Position numbers and translations under genes: made by a program. This document shows, piece by piece, positions 46,542 through 55,370 of a stretch of DNA of 64,000 bases; within the stretch, counting starts at the first letter, position 1, and each line of letters opens with the position of its first letter. Under the pieces are notes generated by a model. It worked only from the letters and a program-made list of their open reading frames with translations. It searched no databases and was not told where the DNA came from. This DNA is from a bacterium (lineage in GTDB: Bacteria > Patescibacteriota > Saccharimonadia > Saccharimonadales > AWTP1-31), in assembly GCA_030426125.1 (NCBI GenBank), contig JAUHZB010000001.1, positions 222,583 through 286,582 on the forward strand, given 5' to 3'.

Positions 46542-46571
46542 TTGCATACATTTATCTGATTAGCATATAGT
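46542..46571 (+). promoter_or_regulatory. Promoter of 46579 gene (tGCTTGCAt type), leaderless arrangement
   Basis: TTGCAT (46542..46547), 18 nt, TATAGT (46566..46571), 7 nt, ATG at 46579. Confidence 0.5.
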
Positions 46572-46578
46572 CATATTG

Positions 46579-47016
46579 ATGGAATTTGATACAGCATTAT
46601 TTACTCCTGAACATGCCGAAAGATTCGAAGGTGAGCTAGTTGAAAGAGCTAGAGTTGTGATGGATACCGATGAGCTATTAGCAGTCGATAATCTTTTTCA
46701 ATTAGTCCGTGGTTCAGCGGACTATAACGCTCAAGGGTTGGTAGATGTTGGTTATCCTGAGGATGAAGCTGCACTTCTTGGGTGGCAAGCGGCTTGGTCT
46801 AAGTTGCGAAAAAATCTGGACACAGAGACAGATTTCACTCATGAGATTGCAACCTATATGGAAAGAAATATTAGTAGAGTTAATCCCGACGCTGTAGTTA
46901 GCAGTTCGGGTGAACCGCTTGATGCTCCCACGCGGACATTTTATAGAACATTTATAGACAGTGTTGAGCATCCTTATGTGCATCCTACATCTAGATGGTT
47001 GTTTGAAAACGATTAG
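46579..47016 (+). CDS. Hypothetical acidic protein (145 aa)
   Basis: ORF with no recognisable motif. The ATG at 46579 is preferred over the TTG at 46576. Confidence 0.55.
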   Translation: MEFDTALFTPEHAERFEGELVERARVVMDTDELLAVDNLFQLVRGSADYNAQGLVDVGYPEDEAALLGWQAAWSKLRKNLDTETDFTHEIATYMERNISRVNPDAVVSSSGEPLDAPTRTFYRTFIDSVEHPYVHPTSRWLFEND

Positions 47017-47122
47017 AGGCGTTGTCTACTTCAACTAAATATTAGATTTTTAATGACGTTTATTCATTTAATAGAATATCCGAAGCTTTTCTGTTTATAG
47101 ATAATTGTATATAATACCGCTT

Positions 47123-47815
47123 ATGGATAACCAACCAGGTTCTCAGTTCTCGCCTCAAACTGATCAAACAACGCAACCAAACAGCAACCCTGATCTTCCA
47201 GATCTTGGCCCTAGTATGCCTAGCAGGATAGATAGTGGTGCAAATAATATTAAAGATAATAGTAATAACAATAAGCCAAAGAAAAAATCTAAAATAGCGT
47301 TGCTAGTTCTAGCTGTGCTACTAGTTGGAGCTGGTGGCTTCGGCGCTGCTTATTTTTGGCAAAGCTCTAGTAATAGTCAATCAGCTAACCAAGTTCAGAA
47401 CCTAGAGCAACAAGTCTCTGACCTACAACAACAACTTTCTGCTTCTCAGCAAGAAGCTGAAGATGCAGAATCTGAAGAAGCAACAGCAGCAAATCCGGAC
47501 TTAATTCCTGGTAATGTTGATACAAGCCGAGAAGACAACCAGGTAGCAATAACTGCTGTCTATAAGTATTCACTTGAGCCAACTGAAGTCTGGATAGAGT
47601 ATGGAACTGATCCAACTAAGCTTGACCAAGAGAGCGATAAAGTCACTGAAGATCTAGGCGCTGGTGATGATAAAGCTGTCTACTCGAGCGGTCCAGAATT
47701 CCTTATAGCTGACTCTAAATTAGAAGCTGGAACAACTTACTACTACCGGACAGTTGCTACTATTGATGACAAAACTGCTTCCGGTCCAGTTGCTAGCTTT
47801 ACTACAGCTAAATAG
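47123..47815 (+). CDS. Bitopic membrane protein with a coiled-coil and an FN3-like ectodomain
   Basis: Disordered N-terminus; TM helix IALLVLAVLLVGAGGFGAAYFW; a Q-rich coil; C-terminal VWIEYGTDPTKL...GTTYYYRTVA (FN3-like pattern). TATAAT lies 7 nt upstream of the ATG at 47123. Confidence 0.6.
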   Translation: MDNQPGSQFSPQTDQTTQPNSNPDLPDLGPSMPSRIDSGANNIKDNSNNNKPKKKSKIALLVLAVLLVGAGGFGAAYFWQSSSNSQSANQVQNLEQQVSDLQQQLSASQQEAEDAESEEATAANPDLIPGNVDTSREDNQVAITAVYKYSLEPTEVWIEYGTDPTKLDQESDKVTEDLGAGDDKAVYSSGPEFLIADSKLEAGTTYYYRTVATIDDKTASGPVASFTTAK

Positions 47816-48713
47816 CCTTTACTATTTGCTCGGTCAGTTGGTCGTAGTTGTCGCTAAAGCCATGATCAGCCCCGGCTATAACCACCGTTTTTACTTTTGG
47901 ATTTAGCTTATTAAGCATATCCACCGCTTCTTTAGTAGGGGTCACTGTACCAAAATCTTCGGATCCATATATTGCCAAGCAATCACTTTTTAATTTTTTA
48001 TACCTGGCAAAGTGCTTAGGGTTGTTATTATTGAACCGGCCAAAAGGGAAGATGTCGTAATCTGAATCTTCTTCAATTAATTCCAATAGACTGCCGTAGC
48101 TAATCGGGTGATCGCCAGGGAAATCATCTTCGGGTACTAGCTTTTGTCCTTTACCGGCCTCTACCATGGCTTTTATCTTTTTATGGAATTTTAAGGGCGA
48201 TTTGAGGCGCGAATTTTGCAGACTAATATCGTCGCCACCGGCTAATAGGAAGGACTTTTTAACTTTTTTCCGGTTTCTTGCTTCAGCTGTAGTTATATCG
48301 GCGGTTAAGTAGTAGACAATTTTGTTGGCGCCAGTAGAATGTCCAATTAAGATGAATTTCTTGTAGCCTTGTTGTTGGCCCCAGTTTATTGCCCCATCTA
48401 TATCTTTTACGCAATCGGCAATCCGCTCGTAAGCCATGCCAGCTTTGACATTTTCAATTTCTTGACCATCCTTATCTGTCTTTTTAAGGGAGCTAATATA
48501 CCTAGAGCCTCTATTATCAAAAGCCATCAGATTATAGTCTTTATTGCTTAATCCTTCACTTAGAGTCCTGAGAAGCGGTCCTTTTTTTAGGATGTGCGAG
48601 TCGCCGGTTCCATGTATGAAAATAGCTAGTTTATCCGATGTGGTCGGGTTGTAGTGTAGACCATGTAGATGTAGCCTATCGTTAGTAATGAAACTGATTT
48701 GAGTTGCTTGCAT
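47808..48713 (-). CDS. Alpha/beta hydrolase
   Basis: HG oxyanion region AIFIHGTGDS and the nucleophile elbow LIGHSTGANK (GxSxG). ATG at 48713; the track start is a TTG at 48722. Confidence 0.7.
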   Translation of the reverse strand: MQATQISFITNDRLHLHGLHYNPTTSDKLAIFIHGTGDSHILKKGPLLRTLSEGLSNKDYNLMAFDNRGSRYISSLKKTDKDGQEIENVKAGMAYERIADCVKDIDGAINWGQQQGYKKFILIGHSTGANKIVYYLTADITTAEARNRKKVKKSFLLAGGDDISLQNSRLKSPLKFHKKIKAMVEAGKGQKLVPEDDFPGDHPISYGSLLELIEEDSDYDIFPFGRFNNNNPKHFARYKKLKSDCLAIYGSEDFGTVTPTKEAVDMLNKLNPKVKTVVIAGADHGFSDNYDQLTEQIVKAI

Positions 48714-48849
48714 AATAACCAATATTATACTAAAACAGTTGTTTTAAACAATAATAAACTCTGAAGTACAGATAGATAACTGACTGCTGAGCTCCTTAGT
48801 TCGTTCCGTGATTATGGAAATTAGTAGCCAAATAGCGTATCATTAAAGC

Positions 48850-49344
48850 ATGAAAAAGAAGCTATTAATCGCATCCATCGTAGCATTAATAGTAATCGGG
48901 GCGGGGGTAGGATATTTTGTTTGGAATAACATAAGTAACCAGCCAGCTGAAACTGTAGAACAGTCTACTGACTTGTCGCTAGAAGAAGTTCAGCAAAATG
49001 CCGAAGCTCCACAAAGCTTACTTAAACAAGGCGAGTTTGTTGATGGTGATGCTGTTCATAGTGCATCTGGTACAGCTACAATTGTTAAGACAGATAAACG
49101 AAACGTCCTAAAGTTTGAAAACTTTTCGGTAACCCAAGGACCAGACCTTTTTGTTTATCTTTCACCTAATGAAGCTGGGCAAAACTTAGGTGAATTTGTT
49201 TCACTGGGAAAACTAAAGAATAACAGTGGCGATCAAGTCTATGAATTGCCAGATAACGTTGATCAATACCAGACGGTTGTAATTTGGTGTAGAGCATTTA
49301 ATGTTACTTTCGGTACAGCCTCGCTGGATCAGTTAAATGGTTAA
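48850..49344 (+). CDS. Membrane-anchored DM13 domain protein
   Basis: Signal anchor, then GEFVDGDAVHSASGTATIV...LKFENFSVTQGPDLFVYLS...VVIWCRAFNVTFG, which matches the DM13 pattern. Confidence 0.7.
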   Translation: MKKKLLIASIVALIVIGAGVGYFVWNNISNQPAETVEQSTDLSLEEVQQNAEAPQSLLKQGEFVDGDAVHSASGTATIVKTDKRNVLKFENFSVTQGPDLFVYLSPNEAGQNLGEFVSLGKLKNNSGDQVYELPDNVDQYQTVVIWCRAFNVTFGTASLDQLNG

Positions 49345-49840
49345 GATACAATTCTCTCGTGAGTATGTTAGAGACAGCCTAGATGTACTTAAACAACGTG
49401 GTCTTAAGGCCTTAGTGCTCGGTACCAAAGCAAAATTAAGTGACCAAGAAAAACAATTACTTAGAGATCTAAAAACCGACTATTCCCAGTACAAGTCAGA
49501 TTCGGCCAGGCGCGGTAGCCTAAAGAAAATAGACCCCCTACACAAAGGCAGTGGGCTAGTTTATTTAGTATCCAGTCCTAGTGACAGTAAGTCGTCTCTA
49601 GTGGTGCTAGAGGAAGAAAGCAAAATAACCAATGGTCCAGACCTATGGCTATACTTATCTGACTCTAATAACCCCAGGAAAACTTTAGGAAATTCTATTG
49701 ATCTAGGACTACTAAAAGGCAATAAGGGAGGGCAAGTATATAGGGTCGATAAGCCACTAGCCAAGCTGGATAGCTATAAGTCAGTAATTGTGTATTGTAA
49801 ACAATTTGATGTTTTATTCTCTTACGCTACGCTGGAATAA
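49337..49840 (+). CDS. DM13-like domain protein without a signal peptide
   Basis: The C-terminal half (ITNGPDLWLYLS...VIVYCKQFDVLFSYATL) parallels the DM13 core of the upstream gene. It overlaps that gene by 8 nt. Confidence 0.55.
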   Translation: MVKIQFSREYVRDSLDVLKQRGLKALVLGTKAKLSDQEKQLLRDLKTDYSQYKSDSARRGSLKKIDPLHKGSGLVYLVSSPSDSKSSLVVLEEESKITNGPDLWLYLSDSNNPRKTLGNSIDLGLLKGNKGGQVYRVDKPLAKLDSYKSVIVYCKQFDVLFSYATLE

Positions 49841-50597
49841 AGTAGGCAATCTAGGGGCAACAACTCCTAGTCTTTCAAGTAGTGCGCTTAGAGGGGCATT
49901 GTTCTGGATTCATCTAGCGATAATTGTTGGCGGACTATTCATGGGTTTAGTACTGCCACTATGGTTGGTTGCACTGTTGGTAGTAGTCCACCGTTTCCAT
50001 CTATTCTTATTTGATGGCTGTATTTTTTCTAGATTTCAATCTAGACTAGGGGCCTTAGATCCCAATAAGAATTTCCTGCAGGAGGTAGCTTTGGTGCTAC
50101 TAAAAAAAGAGATTTCTAAAAAACAAGCGCAGGCAATTGACCGGGCTATTATTCGTTTTAGTATTGCTATCGCTGCGGTTGCCAGTATGGTAACGACTGG
50201 GAGCTATCTAAGTACAATCTTAATTCTATCTATATTATCTGGTCTTAATCTTTCATGGAAAATGTATAAAGCCAATCACCAAAAAAACCTCCAAAAGGGA
50301 GTTTGCCCTAGTAATGTCTGCCAGGTAATTAAACAACGGATTAAGCCTAATTTAGTAACCAGTAAAGCTGAAGTACTAGGCGTAGGATATTTCTTTAGTC
50401 TGATAATAATTTACGGCCTAATTAGTAGCGGAATTGCTAGTTATCCTAGGATGATCTTTGTCGCTATAACTGGAGCTGGTCTAGTAGCTTCAGTCTACTA
50501 TCTGTATTTAATGATTTCTTCCAATCTGTTTTGTAGAAACTGTCTGCAAGTACACTTAGTATCCGCTTTAGTCTTTGTTTCTGGTTGTTTGCTATAA
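49788..50597 (+). CDS. Polytopic membrane protein with a VKOR-like C-terminal half
   Basis: Cys pair CPSNVC, then SKAEVLGVGYFF, then a CxxC in a TM helix (FCRNCLQVH). This matches the VKOR/DsbB-analog pattern. The start is uncertain (ATG 49788/49809, TTG 49899 or ATG 49941). Confidence 0.5.
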   Translation: MCIVNNLMFYSLTLRWNKVGNLGATTPSLSSSALRGALFWIHLAIIVGGLFMGLVLPLWLVALLVVVHRFHLFLFDGCIFSRFQSRLGALDPNKNFLQEVALVLLKKEISKKQAQAIDRAIIRFSIAIAAVASMVTTGSYLSTILILSILSGLNLSWKMYKANHQKNLQKGVCPSNVCQVIKQRIKPNLVTSKAEVLGVGYFFSLIIIYGLISSGIASYPRMIFVAITGAGLVASVYYLYLMISSNLFCRNCLQVHLVSALVFVSGCLL

Positions 50598-50605
50598 TCC
50601 CTAGG

Positions 50606-51232
50606 ATGAGTAAACCAGATAAACTATCAGTTGAGGAGATCCAAAGACTTGTCCATGACATTGCTGTACCTTTCTATCTTATAGATAGAGACATGGATAT
50701 CCAGCTCAGCGACAAGCAGAGTCGGAAGGAGACTGATGCTGAACATGCCTGGTCTCTAGCACTAGTGGCCTGCGCGGTGGCACCTCGAATTGACGATAGT
50801 CTTGACGTAGGCAAGATAGCCCAGCTCGCCATAGTTCACGATCTAGTAGAGATACACGCTGGCGACGTTTCTATTTGGGCCGATGATAATGCCTTAGAGG
50901 CCAAAGAGGAGAACGAAGCCAAGGCACTCCAGAAATTGACTAAAGATTTTGCTAGTTTCCCTTGGCTTATAGAAAACATCACTGAATACGAAGAAAAGAG
51001 TTCTAATGAGGCATTGTTTGTTTATGCAGTAGATAAACTAATTCCTTTTTTCTTTAGGGTTTTAGTAAAGCCAACACCTTTTGAGAGAAAGAAAATCACT
51101 TTGGAGCAATTTAAAACTGGCATCCAGAGATCGAGGCGTAAAGCCCAAAGCCATCCGGTGATAGGTCAATATTTTGATGATATGCTAGATATGTTCTTAA
51201 GTCATCCTGAATATTTTTATAGTCAAAAGTAA
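50606..51232 (+). CDS. HD-domain phosphohydrolase (YfbR-like)
   Basis: ETDAEHAWSLAL and VHDLVEIHAGD (H...HD...D metal-binding pattern). TATAAT (50593..50598) lies 7 nt upstream of the ATG at 50606. Confidence 0.7.
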   Translation: MSKPDKLSVEEIQRLVHDIAVPFYLIDRDMDIQLSDKQSRKETDAEHAWSLALVACAVAPRIDDSLDVGKIAQLAIVHDLVEIHAGDVSIWADDNALEAKEENEAKALQKLTKDFASFPWLIENITEYEEKSSNEALFVYAVDKLIPFFFRVLVKPTPFERKKITLEQFKTGIQRSRRKAQSHPVIGQYFDDMLDMFLSHPEYFYSQK

Positions 51233-51282
51233 ACTGCTCGAAAAAAAATATAAACATACTGCAAGTTTGGTAAACTTATAGC

Positions 51283-52923
51283 ATGAGGCTTAAGTTTAAT
51301 CTTGCCAAGATTATAAAAAGAAATCCTAAAACTAGTAGACTGGTGGTTATCGTCGCTTTCGCTGTTATTGGTGCAGCTGTCATTGCATTCTCACGGGCAG
51401 CAACTTCATCAGTTGCTATCCAACCTGAAGATGGTCAGCTATTATCTTGTTTATCGGAAAAAACAGATGATTCTACGGCTTCTGGCAACGGCTATGTACA
51501 GTTCGGTTGCCCGGCAAGTAATGGTGATCTGGTTATTATCTCCCCAGAATCAGAGCTAAGCAGTGTTAAACAAGCCGTAAAAAGTGGCGAGAAAAAACAG
51601 TACTGGGACTACGTAAAATCTAAGGGCTACATTTCTGACCCTCGAACTAGCCATATTCCAAATTGGTCAGGTAACCAGAGCTATACAATTAGATGTGGTA
51701 GTCAGGATATAACCTATACTTTTGATCCAATCACTTATATATCTACCGACCATGCTGATGGTTGTTCGTCTGATGCTCAAGGGCGACATATGCACAACTC
51801 CGGCTTAAATGCTTACACCACGGCCCTAAGGTGGCGTTTTGACGACGACCAAGCAAACGGTAGCCACGCTGTTAATCTAATTAATTCATGGGTAGATAAT
51901 TTTCAGGCAGTATCGACCCAGAGTGGCCCAAATGACATTCGAGATAACCAGGTCAGATTAAACAGTGGCTGGTTTATTGCTTCTTTTACAAAAGCTCTGG
52001 AGATAATATGGGATCATCCCAGCTTTACCCAGCAACGTAAACAACAAACTGCCGATTGGCTTTGGGAAGTATTCTTGGATGAAGACCCAGTGATGCACGA
52101 AAACAACAGTGAGGTCTTAGGCCAGCAACATGCTGGCTGGAATGGTCGAACCGGTTTCTTGCAGGCAAGACTGAATATTGGCTTAGTTATGAAAGCAGCC
52201 GGTCATCAAAATGCGGATCAAGTAATAAGTCAGGTTATTGCAGATTTTGAAAGTGTGATTCCGGAAATCCTCTATTACGGAAAACAACCTTGGCACGAAG
52301 CTTTGGGCCAACCTTGGCCAAAACAACCTTACCGCAAATTGGGTAATAGCTATGCTGGTTGGAATACACCTAACAACCTGAAAGATTATTGGTTCTTCAC
52401 TACTAACTCATCTACACCACCGCCGTATTTTGTTGGTCAAACTCAAGAAACTGGTCGTGACGTTGCCCACAACCAATTAGGTACCGGTTCACTTACTGAG
52501 TCACTGCGAGCTATACGGCTCAATGGCTACGGAGACTGGTTTAAACAGTCTAAGATTGGCGATGTGCTACTGGGACTAGGAGAACAGCACGCTGACTACT
52601 ATAACGAAACCCTCGATGAATTTTGGAGTGGTGGCTATTCCAGCCTGGATAATTTTAAAAACAACGTCTGGGAGCCAGATGAGTGGGATCAGTTTAAATT
52701 CAAGGTACCTTTCTGTGTTTGCGGTGAGGGAGCTGATCATGGTTGGGAGTTCTTAAGGACTGAGCTGAAAAGAAATGGTTATTCAACTCCAGAGCTGGAT
52801 AGAATGGTAACTAGACTTCGGGGGGTAAGCCCGCGAAGTAGCAACAAAGCGGCTGGTTATGCACCGCTAAGAACAGCCAATAACCAAGCTTGGGAGCCAT
52901 TGTTTGCCTTGGACTATCAGTAG
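51283..52923 (+). CDS. Secreted protein (546 aa) with the shared N-terminal module; possibly an alpha/alpha-toroid polysaccharide lyase-like enzyme
   Basis: Signal anchor RLVVIVAFAVIGAAVIAFSRA, then VAIQPEDGQLLSCLSEKTDDSTASGNGYVQF. The lyase idea is only an impression from the Trp/His-rich helical body and is unverified. Confidence 0.6.
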   Translation: MRLKFNLAKIIKRNPKTSRLVVIVAFAVIGAAVIAFSRAATSSVAIQPEDGQLLSCLSEKTDDSTASGNGYVQFGCPASNGDLVIISPESELSSVKQAVKSGEKKQYWDYVKSKGYISDPRTSHIPNWSGNQSYTIRCGSQDITYTFDPITYISTDHADGCSSDAQGRHMHNSGLNAYTTALRWRFDDDQANGSHAVNLINSWVDNFQAVSTQSGPNDIRDNQVRLNSGWFIASFTKALEIIWDHPSFTQQRKQQTADWLWEVFLDEDPVMHENNSEVLGQQHAGWNGRTGFLQARLNIGLVMKAAGHQNADQVISQVIADFESVIPEILYYGKQPWHEALGQPWPKQPYRKLGNSYAGWNTPNNLKDYWFFTTNSSTPPPYFVGQTQETGRDVAHNQLGTGSLTESLRAIRLNGYGDWFKQSKIGDVLLGLGEQHADYYNETLDEFWSGGYSSLDNFKNNVWEPDEWDQFKFKVPFCVCGEGADHGWEFLRTELKRNGYSTPELDRMVTRLRGVSPRSSNKAAGYAPLRTANNQAWEPLFALDYQ

Positions 52924-52950
52924 AGGATATGGGATACTAATATTTGTATT

Positions 52951-53247
52951 ATGAAAAACAGCAAAAGAACTGACTACTGGTTTAAAAGGCGACGATATGG
53001 CTACGGCTGGATCCCAGTGAGCTGGCAAGGATGGTTGGTGGTCCTAGCTTTCGTTGTTTTTGTGTTGCTCGGCGCCCTGTCTATAAAAGACGTGCCTGAA
53101 AACACCTTCACCAAAGAAGTTGCTTTTTATCTGTTGTTTGTGTTTATAGCTACCACTGCGTTAGTAAAAATTAGCTACCTAAAAGGCCCAAAGCCTAAAT
53201 GGCGTTGGGGTAAGAAGTCTGGCGATAATCCTGAAGAAGATTTTTAA
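52951..53247 (+). CDS. Small two-TM membrane protein
   Basis: 98 aa; RRRYGYGWIPVSWQGW followed by two hydrophobic helices. Confidence 0.55.
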   Translation: MKNSKRTDYWFKRRRYGYGWIPVSWQGWLVVLAFVVFVLLGALSIKDVPENTFTKEVAFYLLFVFIATTALVKISYLKGPKPKWRWGKKSGDNPEEDF

Positions 53248-53268
53248 AAAATTATCACTCAGCCTTAT

Positions 53269-54747
53269 TTACTGCAGTGACGAGGTAAGTCTCGAAATAC
53301 TATCGGCTAGGTTTTGCCAGAAACTTCGCTTTGACCAATTAGATAGATTTAGTTGTCGCGATCTAACTAGATTTTGTTTCTGAACTTTCTTTAGATCACT
53401 GACCACTTTTGTGTCGTAGGCGACCAGTACGCATTCTAGGTTTAGCTCGAATGATCGGATATCCATATTACTGGATCCAATTACTGCGATATCGTCATCA
53501 ATGGTTATGTGTTTAGAGTGGAGCAGGGTTGGTTTTTTATACAGATGAATTTTAATACCACTTTCCAGGAGCTCTTTATAGAAGGATCTCATGGCGTGGC
53601 CAACTAACCATTGGTCAATTGCTTCGGAGTTAATTATAGTAACCTCTACTCCCCGATATGCTGCCGATTTTACGGCACTAAGGATAGTCTCATCAGGTAC
53701 AAAATACGGGTTAGTGATGACGATACTTTTTTTAGCAGTGTGAATTAATTCACTGAACAGGAGGGCATTATTTTCTGTCTTATAGCCCGATCCACTAGGC
53801 AGAATCTGGACTAAAGAATTTCCAATTTCTTTTGGCATTGGTCGTTTGCGCGGATCGGTAATGTCTAGTAACTTCTGGTCAGTCTCGCAGAACCAATCTC
53901 CAGCAAAAACAGCCGAGCAATGCCGAACAGCAGGACCTTGTATTTTTGCTACCAATTCATCGTAGACGATATCGTCTTTACGGTGATAACTACGATCAAT
54001 CAAGTTCTGTGAGCCAATATAGGCCAGATTATCATCGATGACTAAGATCTTGCGGTGATTCCGCAGGTCAGGCCGGTTGTAGCTATTCTTCTTGAGACTT
54101 AGGGGTAGAATAGGGTGCCACTCGGCACCAATGCTAGTTAGTAGTTGCTTCATTTCTTTTCGGCGGGGGTAGGCCATTATTCCTAAACTGTCGAACAGCA
54201 CTCTAACTTTAACGCCTCTCTTTATGGCTTTTTCTAGGGCATCAAATATTGGCTGAGTGGTGTCGTCTAGGGTTAGTATGAAGTATTGAAGACTAATAAA
54301 TTCACGCGATTTATCTATTTCCTTCACTATATCTGCGATAATTTTGTTATATTCAGCCAGGATCTTAACTTCATTTCCGCTTCTAGCTGGCAATCCGGAC
54401 AGGTTATAGTTTAGGTTAATAAGTGGTTTGTAACGATTTTGCTGTTGCTGGCTAAGTCCCGTAATTTTTTCAGGCTGGGTCTTACCGAGCTTTCGAATGT
54501 AGCTATCGACTATCTTCTGCTGGTTTCGTCGTCTTTTGGACAGCTTAGTGCTACCAATTACAAAGTATAGGGTTATACCGACTATTGGAACAAAGAAGAT
54601 AATTAGGATCCAAGCAATAGCAGCGGTTGGTTTACGTTTGCGGGGGATGAACAGTAGAACGGCAATAAGGATTAGCCAGTGGATAATCACGCCGATAATA
54701 GAGTATAGAGTTAAGTCATTTATCATTTGCTTGATTATATCAGCCAA
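53269..54747 (-). CDS. cls: Cardiolipin synthase (PLD superfamily)
   Basis: Two N-terminal TM helices and two HKD motifs (HRKILVIDD...GSQN and HSKHITIDD...GSSN). Start is the TTG at 54747 or the ATG at 54726. Confidence 0.9.
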   Translation of the reverse strand: MADIIKQMINDLTLYSIIGVIIHWLILIAVLLFIPRKRKPTAAIAWILIIFFVPIVGITLYFVIGSTKLSKRRRNQQKIVDSYIRKLGKTQPEKITGLSQQQQNRYKPLINLNYNLSGLPARSGNEVKILAEYNKIIADIVKEIDKSREFISLQYFILTLDDTTQPIFDALEKAIKRGVKVRVLFDSLGIMAYPRRKEMKQLLTSIGAEWHPILPLSLKKNSYNRPDLRNHRKILVIDDNLAYIGSQNLIDRSYHRKDDIVYDELVAKIQGPAVRHCSAVFAGDWFCETDQKLLDITDPRKRPMPKEIGNSLVQILPSGSGYKTENNALLFSELIHTAKKSIVITNPYFVPDETILSAVKSAAYRGVEVTIINSEAIDQWLVGHAMRSFYKELLESGIKIHLYKKPTLLHSKHITIDDDIAVIGSSNMDIRSFELNLECVLVAYDTKVVSDLKKVQKQNLVRSRQLNLSNWSKRSFWQNLADSISRLTSSLQ

Positions 54748-54773
54748 ATTAGCTTATCTGCTAAGATAAAAGT

Positions 54774-55370
54774 ATGGAAACTGAAATAGAAGCCAAGTGG
54801 CTAGATATTGATCTAGAAAATTTCAGAAAAAAGTTAAAAAGCCTTGGTGCTGAGCTAGTCTACCCAGAGCGGCAAATGACCCGTAATATTTATGACTATC
54901 CCGACAAAAAACTGCAGTCTAATGGCGGATGGGTTAGATTACGGGATGAGGCTGACAAAATTACTCTAAGCTATAAACAATTAAAAGATCGATCAGTCAC
55001 CGGCACTAGTGAGGTGCAATTGGTCGTCGATAATTTTAACCGAACCGACAGGTTCCTGCGTTCTCTAGGCCTCAGTCTTCAATCTACTCAACAAACTAAG
55101 CGTGAAAGTTGGCGTCTTGGTGACATCGAGATTGAGCTTGATACTTGGCCCTGGATACCTAGTTTTGTGGAAATAGAGGCCACCGCTGAAGCAGATTTAT
55201 TAGAGACTGCAAAGAAATTGAATCTTGATTACTCTGAAGCTTTACATGGTAGTGTGGAAACCGCTTATCAGGCAGTGTATAAGGTAACTGAAAAGGAAAT
55301 TAATAGCATTCCTGACATTAAGTTCGGGCCAGTTCCAAGCTGGCTTGAAGATCGGCGCAAAGGAAAATGA
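54774..55370 (+). CDS. CYTH-domain protein (CyaB-type class IV adenylate cyclase / triphosphatase family)
   Basis: N-terminal ExExK signature (METEIEAKW) and beta-barrel-like alternating charged pattern (RLRDE, IELD, EIE). Confidence 0.7.
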   Translation: METEIEAKWLDIDLENFRKKLKSLGAELVYPERQMTRNIYDYPDKKLQSNGGWVRLRDEADKITLSYKQLKDRSVTGTSEVQLVVDNFNRTDRFLRSLGLSLQSTQQTKRESWRLGDIEIELDTWPWIPSFVEIEATAEADLLETAKKLNLDYSEALHGSVETAYQAVYKVTEKEINSIPDIKFGPVPSWLEDRRKGK

